From positions 151,811 through 215,810 of the forward strand of contig CAZUGF010000001.1 of the NCBI GenBank assembly GCA_964619705.1: a stretch of DNA of 64,000 bases. Direction: 5' to 3'. The translations under genes and the position numbers were made by a program. The notes beneath the pieces are model-generated. The model was not told the origin of the DNA and searched no databases. It saw nothing but the letters and a program-made list of their open reading frames with translations. Positions 1 through 8,576 of this stretch are shown in pieces. Position 1 is the first letter of the stretch. Each line of letters begins with the position of its first letter. Source of the stretch: an uncultured Bifidobacteriaceae bacterium (GTDB taxonomy: Bacteria > Acidobacteriota > Vicinamibacteria > Vicinamibacterales > UBA2999).

Positions 1-510
1 GCCGGCAGCGTTCCAGGACGCGCCCCACGCGGACTCGGCGGCCGTGATCTCGGAGACGCCGCCGCCGGGCACATCGAACGCGCGGATGGCCGACGGGGCG
101 AAGAAGCCGATGCGCGTACCGTCGGGCGACCAGAAGGGCATCACCGCGCCGTCGGTGCCCGGGAGGCGCTCGGTTGCTCCGGTTCGCAGATCGTGCAGCC
201 AGAGCGCGATGTCCCCGTCACGCGCGGCGGGAAAGACGAGCCGCCGGCCATCGGGGGCGATGGCCAGTCCAAAGGGATGCTCCGCGCCGGCGCCGAGGTC
301 GAGCGCGGGCGGCGGCACCCACGCCGATCGCAGCGGCTCCGGCGGTGGCGGCGGTGCTTCGCGGAGGTGGCGGAACGCCGGTCCGGCGAGGAGGGCGGCG
401 AGCACGGCGAGCCCGGCGGCGGCCAGCCAGGCGGCGCGCGCGGCACCCCGCTCGGCCGTAGGCCCCGCGGGCAGGGCCCACACCGACCGTGGTTTATACT
501 CGTCGTTCAT
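1..510 (-). CDS. PD40/TolB-like beta-propeller repeat protein, N-terminal part (runs off the window at position 1)
   Basis: Hand translation of the minus frame not listed in the ORF track (no stop inside the window): MNDEYKPRSVWALPAGPTAERGAARAAWLAAAGLAVLAALLAGP... It has one TM helix, then PD40-type motifs (FGLAIAPDGRRLVF, PFWSPDGTRIGFF). The ATG at 510 is the first in-frame start; GTG 483 is an alternative. Confidence 0.6.
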   Translation of the reverse strand, partial: MNDEYKPRSVWALPAGPTAERGAARAAWLAAAGLAVLAALLAGPAFRHLREAPPPPPEPLRSAWVPPPALDLGAGAEHPFGLAIAPDGRRLVFPAARDGDIALWLHDLRTGATERLPGTDGAVMPFWSPDGTRIGFFAPSAIRAFDVPGGGVSEITAAESAWGASWNAAG

Positions 511-535
511 GTTCGATCCCAGGAGGTTGTCACCT

Positions 536-1087
536 ATGTCGATCCGTTCACTCGCCCTGGTGGCCACGCTGATCGTGGCGAGCCTGCCGAGCCTCGCGGT
601 CGTGTCCGCCCAGGAGGCGCCGGCCCGTCGGCCGGACGTCATCTACGTGCCGACGCCCGAAGCGGTCGTCGAGGCGATGCTGCAGGTGGCCAACGTCACC
701 AAGGACGATATCGTGTATGACCTGGGCTGCGGCGATGGGCGCATTCCGGTGACGGCCGCCCGGAAGTACGGCGCGCGCGGCATCGGCATCGACATCGATC
801 CCCAGCGCATCAAGGAAGCCAACGAGAACGTCGCGAAGAACAACGTCGGCGATCTCGTCCGGATCGTCCAGGGCGACCTGTTCGAGCAGGACCTGAGCGA
901 GGCGACCGTGGTCACCCTCTACCTGCTGCCGTCACTCAACGTCAAGCTGATGCCGAAGCTGATGAAGGAGCTCAAGCCCGGCACCCGCATCGTCTCGCAC
1001 GCCTTCGACATGGGCGACTGGAAGCCCGAGAAGGAACTGGACGTGGACGGCCGCAAGGTCTACTACTGGACGATTCCGGCGCGCTAG
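536..1087 (+). CDS. Class I SAM-dependent methyltransferase with N-terminal signal/anchor
   Basis: ATG at 536 lies in the frame of ORF 44..1087 and is preceded by AGGAGG (521-526). Signal-like N-terminus MSIRSLALVATLIVASLPSLAVVSA. Motif I DLGCGDGRI and a GIDID post-I motif. The upstream part of the ORF is Arg/Pro-rich GC artefact. Confidence 0.8.
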   Translation: MSIRSLALVATLIVASLPSLAVVSAQEAPARRPDVIYVPTPEAVVEAMLQVANVTKDDIVYDLGCGDGRIPVTAARKYGARGIGIDIDPQRIKEANENVAKNNVGDLVRIVQGDLFEQDLSEATVVTLYLLPSLNVKLMPKLMKELKPGTRIVSHAFDMGDWKPEKELDVDGRKVYYWTIPAR

Positions 1088-4000
1088 GGGCTCGCCGCCG
1101 GCAGCCCTTCGGGATCGGGTCCGTGTGGAGGCAACCCTTCGGGGTTGCCTTCCGTTCGTCTCGCCGCCAGCCACGCCACCCCGTCATCCGCCAGGGAGTA
1201 GGCGACCGGAATCACCACCAGCGTCAGGAACAGGGACAGCGTCTGTCCGCCGATCACGACGACGGCAATGGTCCGCCGCTCTTCCGCGCCCGGCCCGCTG
1301 CCGAGGGCCAGCGGCAGCATGCCGCCGACCAGGGCCAGGGTCGTCATGAGGATGGGGCGCAGGCGATCGCGGTTCGCCTCCAGGATTGCCTCGTACCGCG
1401 GGCGGCCCTGCCGCCTGAGGTTGAGCGTGTGATCGATCTGCAGGATGGCGTTCTTGGCGACGACGCCGAAGAGGACCAGCATGCCGAGGGCGGAGTAGAG
1501 GTTCAGTGTGTCGTTGGTCAGGTAGATCGACAGCAGCGCAAAGGGCAGCGACAGGGGCAGCGCGAGCAGGATGATGAGCGGGTTGATGAGGCTCTCGTAC
1601 TGCGCCGCGAGCACCATGTACATGAAGATGACCGAGAGCAGGAACGCCCAGCCGAACTCCGTGAAGGTGCGTTCGAGCTCGCGCCCGCGGCCCGACACGG
1701 CCGTGGTGTAGGCGGCCGGCATGCCCAGCGCGGCGGCCGCGCCGCGCACGGCCTCCAGCCGGTCCGCCAGCGCGTAGCCCGGTGCGATCCCCGAGCGCAG
1801 GTTGGCCTGCCGCTGCCTGTCGTAGCGGTCCACGCGTGACGGGCTGCGTCCCTCCTCGAGCCGCACCACCGAGTCGAGCCGCACCATCTCGCCCGTGTTC
1901 CGGGCGACGTAGAGCCGCGAAATCGTGTCGGGATCGCGGCGATCGGCATCCACCAGCCGCAACTGCACGTCGTAGTCCTCGCCGACGAGCGGGTCGCGGA
2001 ACCGGGACACCTCCTGGTCGCCGCCCACCATCAACCGCAGCGCGGTGGCGATGTCCTGCGTACGGATGCCGAGATCCGCGGCGCGCGCGCGGTCGATCTG
2101 CACGCGCAGCTCCGGCTTGTTCAGCTTGAGTGTCGTGTCCGCGTCCTGCAGGCCGAGCGCCTGCGACTGATCGCGGAGCGCTTCCGTGTAGCGCGCCAGC
2201 GACTCGAGCTCCGGCCCGCGGATGATGAAGTCCAGCTCGAAGTTGCCGCCGCCGATGTTGAAGGTCTGCAGGTTGCGCACGGCCACGCGCAGCTCCGAGT
2301 GGGCCCGCATCTTCGCGCGGATCTGCTGCATCACGTCGCGCTGCGAGTAGTTGCCCCGGAACGCTTCCAGCGGGTCGAGCGTGAGCAGTCCCCACGCGAG
2401 GCGCGTCAGCGAGAAGACCCGCTCGTCGTGCGGGGCAATCTTGACGAAGACCTGCCCTTCGTTCACGGTCCCCAGCGGCCCGCCGGCCACCGTGCTCAGC
2501 ATCAGCCGCACGGCGGGAATGGCCTGCAGGTCCCGCTCGATCGCGCCCATCACCTCGGTCATGGCCGCCGGGCTCGCGCCCTCCGGCGCGACGATGTTCA
2601 TCTCGAACTGCGCCTCGTCCACGCCGCCCGGGATGAACTCCTGCCGGACGAGCCGGTAGAGCAGCACGTTCGACAGCATCACCAGAATGGCCACGGCGGC
2701 CACGGCCGCGCGCCGCCGCAGCGCGAGCGCGAGCACGCGGTGGTAGGTGCGGTCGATCCAGCCGTAGAATCCCCCGCGCGTGTGGGAGCCCTCGTGCCCG
2801 TGCCCGTCATGCGCATCGCGCCGGCGTCCGCCGAACATCCGGGCGCTCATCATCGGCGTGAGCGTGAAGGAGACGAGCAGGCTCACCAGGATGGCGCAGG
2901 CCGCGGTCAGCCCGAACTGGTAGAGGAACCGGCCCGAGATGCTCGACATGAACGAGACGGGGATGAAGATCACGACGAGGCAGAGCGTCGTCGCCAGCAC
3001 CGGCAGCGCGATCTCCGCCGTGGCGTCCCGTGCGGCATCGAACGCGTTCATCCCCTTCTCTTCGATGAAGCGGAAGATGTTCTCCAGCACCACGATCGCA
3101 TCGTCGATGACGATGCCGACCATCAGCACGAGCGCGAGCATGGTGACCGTGTTGAGCGTGAAGTCGAGCGCCGCCATGAGGCCGAAGGTCGAGACCACCG
3201 AGGCGGGGATGGCGACGGCCGCGATGACCGTGGCGCGCCAGTCGCGCATGAACGCGAACACCACGAGGCACGCCAGGATGCTCCCGAGGATCAGGTGGAC
3301 GTTGATCTCGTGGAGTGAGGCGTAGATGTGCGTGGACGAGTCGCGGACGACCTCCATCGTGACGCCGGCCGGCAATTGACCCCGGAGGCCGTCGATGTTG
3401 GCCTTGGCCGCCTCGATGACTTCCACGGTATTGGCCCCGGACTGGCGTCGCACTTCGAGCACCACGGCCGGAACGCCGTTCAGCTTGGCCAGGGACCGCT
3501 GTTCCTTGGTGCCGTCCTCGGCCGTCCCGATGTCGCGCACGCGGATGGGCTGCCCGTTCCGCGTGGCGATGACCAGGTCGTTGAACTGCGACGCGTCCGT
3601 GAAGCGGCCCATCGTCCGCAGCGTGCGCTCGGAGACGTCCGTCGTGACGTTGCCCCCCGGGACGTCCGCATTCTGCTGCTGGAGCGCGCTCCGGACCTCG
3701 GCGATCGGCAGGCGGTAGGCCGCGAGCCGATCGGCATCGATCCAGATGTTGACGGCGCGCTCGAGGCCGCCCACGATCTGCACTTCGCCCACGCCCGTCG
3801 AGCGCTCGAGCACGACCTTCACGGTCTTGTCGGCGATCTCCGTCAGTTCCCGGATCGAGAGGTTGCCGGAGAGCGCGACGGACAGCGTCGGCGAGTTCTC
3901 GCTGTTCTGTTTCTGGATGAGCGGCGGGTCCACGTCCGGCGGCAGACGACGGAGGGCCGCCGCCACGCGATCCCGTACGTCCTGCGCCGCGGTGTCGATG

Positions 4001-4302
4001 TCACGGTTGAGGTCGAAGGTGACAATCACCAGCGACTGGCCGTTGCCGGACACCGACCGCAATTCCGTGATGCCCTCGACGCGGTTGACGGCCTCTTCCA
4101 GGACGTCGGAGACCTGCGTCTCCATCTCCTCGACGGAGGCCCCGGGCAGCGTCGTGCGCACCATCACCGTGGGCAGGTCCACGGCGGGGAAGCGATCGAT
4201 GCCCAGGCGCGCGAACGAGGCGGCGCCCACGACCCCCAGCGCGAGGATGATCATCGCGGCGAAGACCGGGCGCTTGATGCACGTGGCGGCGAGCGTGCGC
4301 AT
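1084..4302 (-). CDS. Efflux RND transporter permease subunit (AcrB/HAE1-like)
   Basis: 1072 aa with a typical N-terminus, MRTLAATCIKRPVFAAMIILALGVVG..IDRFPAVDLP. Twelve-TM RND architecture with two large periplasmic loops. Lies 18 bp downstream of the adaptor gene. Confidence 0.93.
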   Translation of the reverse strand: MRTLAATCIKRPVFAAMIILALGVVGAASFARLGIDRFPAVDLPTVMVRTTLPGASVEEMETQVSDVLEEAVNRVEGITELRSVSGNGQSLVIVTFDLNRDIDTAAQDVRDRVAAALRRLPPDVDPPLIQKQNSENSPTLSVALSGNLSIRELTEIADKTVKVVLERSTGVGEVQIVGGLERAVNIWIDADRLAAYRLPIAEVRSALQQQNADVPGGNVTTDVSERTLRTMGRFTDASQFNDLVIATRNGQPIRVRDIGTAEDGTKEQRSLAKLNGVPAVVLEVRRQSGANTVEVIEAAKANIDGLRGQLPAGVTMEVVRDSSTHIYASLHEINVHLILGSILACLVVFAFMRDWRATVIAAVAIPASVVSTFGLMAALDFTLNTVTMLALVLMVGIVIDDAIVVLENIFRFIEEKGMNAFDAARDATAEIALPVLATTLCLVVIFIPVSFMSSISGRFLYQFGLTAACAILVSLLVSFTLTPMMSARMFGGRRRDAHDGHGHEGSHTRGGFYGWIDRTYHRVLALALRRRAAVAAVAILVMLSNVLLYRLVRQEFIPGGVDEAQFEMNIVAPEGASPAAMTEVMGAIERDLQAIPAVRLMLSTVAGGPLGTVNEGQVFVKIAPHDERVFSLTRLAWGLLTLDPLEAFRGNYSQRDVMQQIRAKMRAHSELRVAVRNLQTFNIGGGNFELDFIIRGPELESLARYTEALRDQSQALGLQDADTTLKLNKPELRVQIDRARAADLGIRTQDIATALRLMVGGDQEVSRFRDPLVGEDYDVQLRLVDADRRDPDTISRLYVARNTGEMVRLDSVVRLEEGRSPSRVDRYDRQRQANLRSGIAPGYALADRLEAVRGAAAALGMPAAYTTAVSGRGRELERTFTEFGWAFLLSVIFMYMVLAAQYESLINPLIILLALPLSLPFALLSIYLTNDTLNLYSALGMLVLFGVVAKNAILQIDHTLNLRRQGRPRYEAILEANRDRLRPILMTTLALVGGMLPLALGSGPGAEERRTIAVVVIGGQTLSLFLTLVVIPVAYSLADDGVAWLAARRTEGNPEGLPPHGPDPEGLPAASP

Positions 4303-4320
4303 GGTGGGGAGACGCCAGGG

Positions 4321-5514
4321 CTAGGGAGCGGAGACCGTGACGGCCGTGCCGTCCGCGATGCCGCCGCCTTCGACGATGACGAGGGTATCCGCGGTCAGGC
4401 CGTCGAGCACCTCCACGCGGTCACCGGTGATGCTGCCCGTGCGGATCCGGACCTCCCGCGCGGTGCCGTCCTCCACCGTCATCACCTTCTCGACGCCGGC
4501 AAAGACGATGACTGCGGTCCGCGGCACGACAAGCGCCGTGGTCTCGTCGACCACGATGTCCGCGCGTGCGAACGTGCCCGGCCGGAGCCGCGCGTGCGGG
4601 TTGGGCACGGCGGCCTCGATGGCGAGCGTCCGCGTTCCTTCCGCAATCGACGGGCTGAGCCGGACGATGCGGCCTTCGTGCGTCGTCTCGTCGCCCTCGA
4701 TGGTGACCCGCACGAGCTGTCCGGCGCGAATCCCGCCGGCGCTCCGCTCGGGCACGCCGAGCTGCAGCCGCAGCGGATCCTGCCGCACCACCGTGACCAC
4801 GGGCGTGCCGGCCGAGCGGAACTCGCCGGCCACCGCCATCCGCGCGCGGACGATTCCGTCGAGCGGCGAGGTCAGCACCGTGTCCTCGCGCTGCTGGCGG
4901 GCGATCGCCAGTTGCGAGCGGCGCTCGGCGAGCACCGCCTGGCGGTTGCGTGCCTCCTCGAGCGCGTCCTGATGCCGGCCGTCGGCAATCTGGACGTTGG
5001 CGTTGGCCGTGTCGAACTCGGCCTTGGCCGAGATACCCCGTGTGACGAACGTAGCAATGCGGTCGCGGTGGGCCTGAGCCTCATCGAGCGCGGCCCGGGC
5101 CTGGCGGACGAGCCCGGTAGTCTGGATGTCGACCTCGTCCGAATCGCCGTCGAGGAGGAGCCCCAGCCGGGCACGCGCCTGCTGCAGGGCGGCCGTCGCC
5201 TGCTGCACGCGGAGATCGAAGTCCGTGGGATCGAGGCGGGCGATGACGTCGCCGCGCCGGACGGGGGAGCCCAGGTCCACCCGGATGTCTTCCAGGAGGC
5301 CCGTCACCTTGAGGCTGAGCAGCACCTCTTCTTCGGCGGCGAGCGTGCCACTGACGGTGACCGTCCGGACCATCGACGTGGACTGGACACGGGTGACGGC
5401 CACCTGGCGGGCGGCGGGCTCGTCGGCCCGGCCCTGCGCGGCAGACGGGCTCCCGCCGCACCGCGCGGCCATCAGAGCAAACGCCGCGACGAGGAGCACT
5501 GCGTGAGCCCGCAT
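4321..5514 (-). CDS. Efflux RND transporter periplasmic adaptor (HlyD/MFP family), lipoprotein
   Basis: 397 aa. Lipobox-like LMAARCGG, a coiled-coil hairpin region (QQATAALQQARARL ... AKAEFDTANANVQIA) and beta-barrel/MP domains. Immediately upstream of the RND permease. Confidence 0.9.
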   Translation of the reverse strand: MRAHAVLLVAAFALMAARCGGSPSAAQGRADEPAARQVAVTRVQSTSMVRTVTVSGTLAAEEEVLLSLKVTGLLEDIRVDLGSPVRRGDVIARLDPTDFDLRVQQATAALQQARARLGLLLDGDSDEVDIQTTGLVRQARAALDEAQAHRDRIATFVTRGISAKAEFDTANANVQIADGRHQDALEEARNRQAVLAERRSQLAIARQQREDTVLTSPLDGIVRARMAVAGEFRSAGTPVVTVVRQDPLRLQLGVPERSAGGIRAGQLVRVTIEGDETTHEGRIVRLSPSIAEGTRTLAIEAAVPNPHARLRPGTFARADIVVDETTALVVPRTAVIVFAGVEKVMTVEDGTAREVRIRTGSITGDRVEVLDGLTADTLVIVEGGGIADGTAVTVSAP

Positions 5515-5585
5515 GTGCCCCCCATCTTATGTTGCGAAACGGGCGTTACCGAAGACGCCTGGCGCGCGGAGACAAGGATTTACAT

Positions 5586-6698
5586 CTACTCGCCCGGCTT
5601 GCCCTCCAGCAGGGGCTCGCACGGCACCGTCTGGGGTCCGTTCTCGGTGCAGACGGCGTAAGTGCCCTGGTACATCGACACCCCCGCGTACTCGCCCCGC
5701 GTGTTGACCACGTAGAAACTGATGCCGAACCCGGGCAGGCCGCGGGAATTGAGCAGCCGCTTCTCCACCGTGTTCTTCTGGATCCGCCGCAGCGCTTCCA
5801 TGCCGGCGTCCTTGGGCGACTTGCCCATCCGCATCTGCTCGACGATGAGGAACGAGCAGAGGCCGTACAGGTTTGCCTCGCCGCGCCCGGTGGACCCGGC
5901 CGCGCCGACCTCGCCGTCCACGTACAGGCCCGCGCCGAGCACGGGCGAGTCGCCCACGCGGCCGGGAATCTTCCACGCCAGCCCGCTCGTTGTCGTCACG
6001 CCGCAGACTTCGCCCTTCGCGTTGACCCCGTCGCAGTTGATCGTGCCGTAGTAGTGGTCCGGGTCGATCAGTCCGTCGCGCACCATGCTCAGGCCGGCCA
6101 TCATCATCGCGTCGCCGCGCGTCTTCGGGTCGAGGTAGTGCTGCGGATCGATCCGTCGCTTCCACTCGAGCCACAGGCGGCGCGACTCCGGCGTGTTGAG
6201 GTCGTCCTCGACGGTGAACCCCATGTTGCGGGCGAACGCCTGGGCGCCCGCGCCGACGAGCAGGTGGTGATCGGTGTTGGCCATCACGGCCTGCGCCACG
6301 AGCGACGGCGTCCGCACGCCCTCGATGGACGCCACGCCGCCCGCGCGCTTCGTGGGACCGTGCATGCAGCAGGAATCGAGCTGCACGATGCCGTCGGCGT
6401 TCGGCAGGCCGCCGTAGCCCACGCTCGTGTCCTGCGGGTCCAGCTCGCAGAGGTTGACGCCCGCGATGAGCGCGTCGAGCACGTCGCCGCCGCCGGTAAT
6501 GGCCTCGAACGCCACCTGCACGCCTGTCTTCGTGCCGCCGTTCGTGTAGCGGTTGCCGTTGGACGAGGCCACGACCACGGGCTTGACGCCTGTCTGCACG
6601 GCCGGCGCGCGGCCGAAGAGCGGCGTGGGGGCGGCAATGGCGACGCCGACGGCGGTACCGGCCTGGACGAACTCGCGACGGGTGACCTTGCTGCTCAT
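5586..6698 (-). CDS. N4-(beta-N-acetylglucosaminyl)-L-asparaginase (glycosylasparaginase, Ntn-hydrolase asparaginase-2 family), Tat-exported
   Basis: Twin-arginine signal MSSKVTRREFVQAG. The block TTTSGLAWKIPGRVGDSPVLGAGLYVDGEVGAAGSTGRGE matches bacterial and human glycosylasparaginases as I recall them. The putative autoprocessing Thr is in YYGTINCDG. AGGAGG lies upstream of the ATG. Confidence 0.85.
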   Translation of the reverse strand: MSSKVTRREFVQAGTAVGVAIAAPTPLFGRAPAVQTGVKPVVVASSNGNRYTNGGTKTGVQVAFEAITGGGDVLDALIAGVNLCELDPQDTSVGYGGLPNADGIVQLDSCCMHGPTKRAGGVASIEGVRTPSLVAQAVMANTDHHLLVGAGAQAFARNMGFTVEDDLNTPESRRLWLEWKRRIDPQHYLDPKTRGDAMMMAGLSMVRDGLIDPDHYYGTINCDGVNAKGEVCGVTTTSGLAWKIPGRVGDSPVLGAGLYVDGEVGAAGSTGRGEANLYGLCSFLIVEQMRMGKSPKDAGMEALRRIQKNTVEKRLLNSRGLPGFGISFYVVNTRGEYAGVSMYQGTYAVCTENGPQTVPCEPLLEGKPGE

Positions 6699-6766
6699 GG
6701 CGGGCCTCCTGATTTTCGCGGCATCCTACCACGCAGTCCCCGGCGGGCCGGCGAGCCGGCTCGAGG

Positions 6767-7165
6767 CTATTCCGCCCGCAGCGCCACGGCGGGGTCGGCG
6801 GCCGCTGCGCGCCGGACCGGCGCCCAGCACGCGGCAAGGAGAACGGCGGCCAGGAGCAGGACCGTCGCCCCGAACGACACGGGATCCATCGGATCGACTC
6901 CGACCAGCAGGCCGCGCGCCAGCGATGCCGCGCCCACCGACAGGCCCAGTCCCAGGAGCGCTCCCCCGACGGCGAGCCACGCCGCCTGCCGCATCACCAT
7001 GGCCCGCACGGTGATCCCGGATGCCCCGGGTGCCATCCGGATGGCGATCTCGCGCGTGCGCTGGACGACGAGAAACGCCATCAGGCCGTAGAGACCGAGC
7101 GCGGAGAGCAGGAGGCCCACCGTCCCTGCACTCCCCGCAATCCAGGCCGCGAGGCGCTGCGACTC
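6767..7165 (-). pseudogene. 3' remnant of an ADOP/MacB-like FtsX permease gene (last ~125 codons only)
   Basis: The ORF 6767..7240 tail is GLLLSALGLYGLMAFLVVQRTREIAIRMAPGASG...AACWAPVRRAAAADPAVALRAE. This aligns with the C-terminal FtsX domains of the two full-length permeases at 52224-54890 and 57699-60098. No N-terminal ~750 aa is present upstream. The 5' boundary is approximate. Confidence 0.7.
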
Positions 7166-7264
7166 CGGAGCAGGAGGCGGAGGGCGAGTCGCACGTTCGA
7201 GGCTGTCTGCACGTGCACTTTGACACCCCCGGCCGCGCATCGGTTCAGCACGGCGGAACCGCAG

Positions 7265-7284
7265 GGCGGGTCTTCAGACCCGCC
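7265..7284. repeat. REP-like hairpin GGCGGGTC-TTCA-GACCCGCC (family member)
   Basis: Perfect 8-bp stem with a TTCA loop, preceded by GCAG. Same architecture as the copies at 17565, 31892 and 34240. Confidence 0.7.
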
Positions 7285-7447
7285 TGGGTTGAGCCCCCCG
7301 CTGGGTTCCCACACCGCGATGTAACGCCGGCCGTCCGGGGCTCACCAGTCTTCAGACGCGAGCGTCCTCCGGGCTCGGGCCGCCTGCCGACCCGGGTCAT
7401 GACGGAATCGCGGCCGATGTGTCGCTGCCAGAGTCAAGGAGGTTCAC

Positions 7448-7495
7448 ATGCGCAGACACGGGCTGATTATCTGGGGCGAGGTGCGCGAGCGATAA
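7448..7495 (+). other. 15-codon upstream ORF (MRRHGLIIWGEVRER) with a strong Shine-Dalgarno, ending 7 nt before the ctaA start
   Basis: AAGGAGG at 7436-7442, a 5-nt spacer, ATG 7448, TAA 7493-7495. The ctaA GTG is at 7503 in another frame. Confidence 0.3.
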
Positions 7496-7502
7496 TGGTG
7501 AG

Positions 7503-8441
7503 GTGCGTGCCTCACTGACATCCTTCCAACGGCTCGCCCTCTCGACGACCGCGATTACCTACCTGCTCATCCTCGTCGGAGGCCTCGTCCGGGCCTCCGG
7601 CGCGGGTCTCGGCTGCCCGGACTGGCCCCGGTGCTTCGGATACTGGACGCCGCCGGCGTCCGTCGCCGACCTGCCGCCGCAATTCGATCCGTCGCAGTTC
7701 AACCCGACGCTGATGTGGACGGAGTACCTCAACCGCCTGCTCGGCGTGACCGTCGGGTTTTTCGTCATCGCCACCGCCATCTCCGCGTGGCGTCACCACC
7801 GCAGGGAGCCGAGAATCCTGTGGACCGCTGTCGCGGCCGTGCTCCTCACCGGATACCAGGGCTGGCTCGGCGGGCGCGTTGTCGCGCACGAACTGGCGCC
7901 ATGGATCGTCACCGTCCACATGCTCGTGGCCCTGGTGATCGTGTCGCTGCTGCTCTACGGGGCCGTGTACGCGTTCTACGTGCCGCGGCCATCGGACGCC
8001 GCCAGGCACGCGCCGGCGGGCGCGGGGCGCCGCGGCCTGAGCGGTCTCATCATTGCCCTCATCCTTGTCACGCTCGTGCAGGTCGCCGTCGGCACGCAGG
8101 TGCGCGAAGGCGTCGATCACGCGCTCGACGCCGGTATCCCACGCGCGGGCGCGCTGGCGACCGTCGGCGCCGTGGACGGGCTGCACCGCGACGCCGCCCT
8201 TGCGGTGGCGGTCCTGGCCATCGGGCTCCTGTGGATGGTCAGGCGCAACCCGACGCGGACCCCTGTCATCGTGCGGTGGTCGTGGCTGGTCGTCGTCCTC
8301 GCGGGCACCCAGATCCTGCTCGGCGCCGTGATGGCCTACGTGTCGCTGGCGCCGGCGGCCCAGGTGCTCCACCTCACCGTCGCCTCGCTGCTGCTGGGCG
8401 CCCAGACCGTCGCCCTGCTGGTGACGTGGTGGGACTGGTGA
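7503..8441 (+). CDS. ctaA: Heme A synthase (COX15/CtaA family)
   Basis: N-terminal signature LILVGGLVRASGAGLGCPDWPRCFG. Multi-TM protein with conserved His residues. GTG start. Confidence 0.88.
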   Translation: MRASLTSFQRLALSTTAITYLLILVGGLVRASGAGLGCPDWPRCFGYWTPPASVADLPPQFDPSQFNPTLMWTEYLNRLLGVTVGFFVIATAISAWRHHRREPRILWTAVAAVLLTGYQGWLGGRVVAHELAPWIVTVHMLVALVIVSLLLYGAVYAFYVPRPSDAARHAPAGAGRRGLSGLIIALILVTLVQVAVGTQVREGVDHALDAGIPRAGALATVGAVDGLHRDAALAVAVLAIGLLWMVRRNPTRTPVIVRWSWLVVVLAGTQILLGAVMAYVSLAPAAQVLHLTVASLLLGAQTVALLVTWWDW

Positions 8442-8576
8442 CCGGATTGACGGGCTGAGTGGGCCACGTCCCGACGGCTGCGCCGAGTTGCGAGCGCGCC
8501 GAACCGCGGGCCGGCGCCCGGCATCTCAACGAGAGGCGGCTGCGGGAGCCGCCGTCTACGGGGAGGTGAGTATAAG

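Noticed and set aside
3328-5661. 777-aa plus-strand ORF antisense to the RND permease/adaptor genes
   Set aside because: It has Arg/Gly/Asp/His-rich low-complexity translation with no motifs. It lies exactly antisense to two well-supported genes. Long stop-free antisense frames are expected at this GC content.
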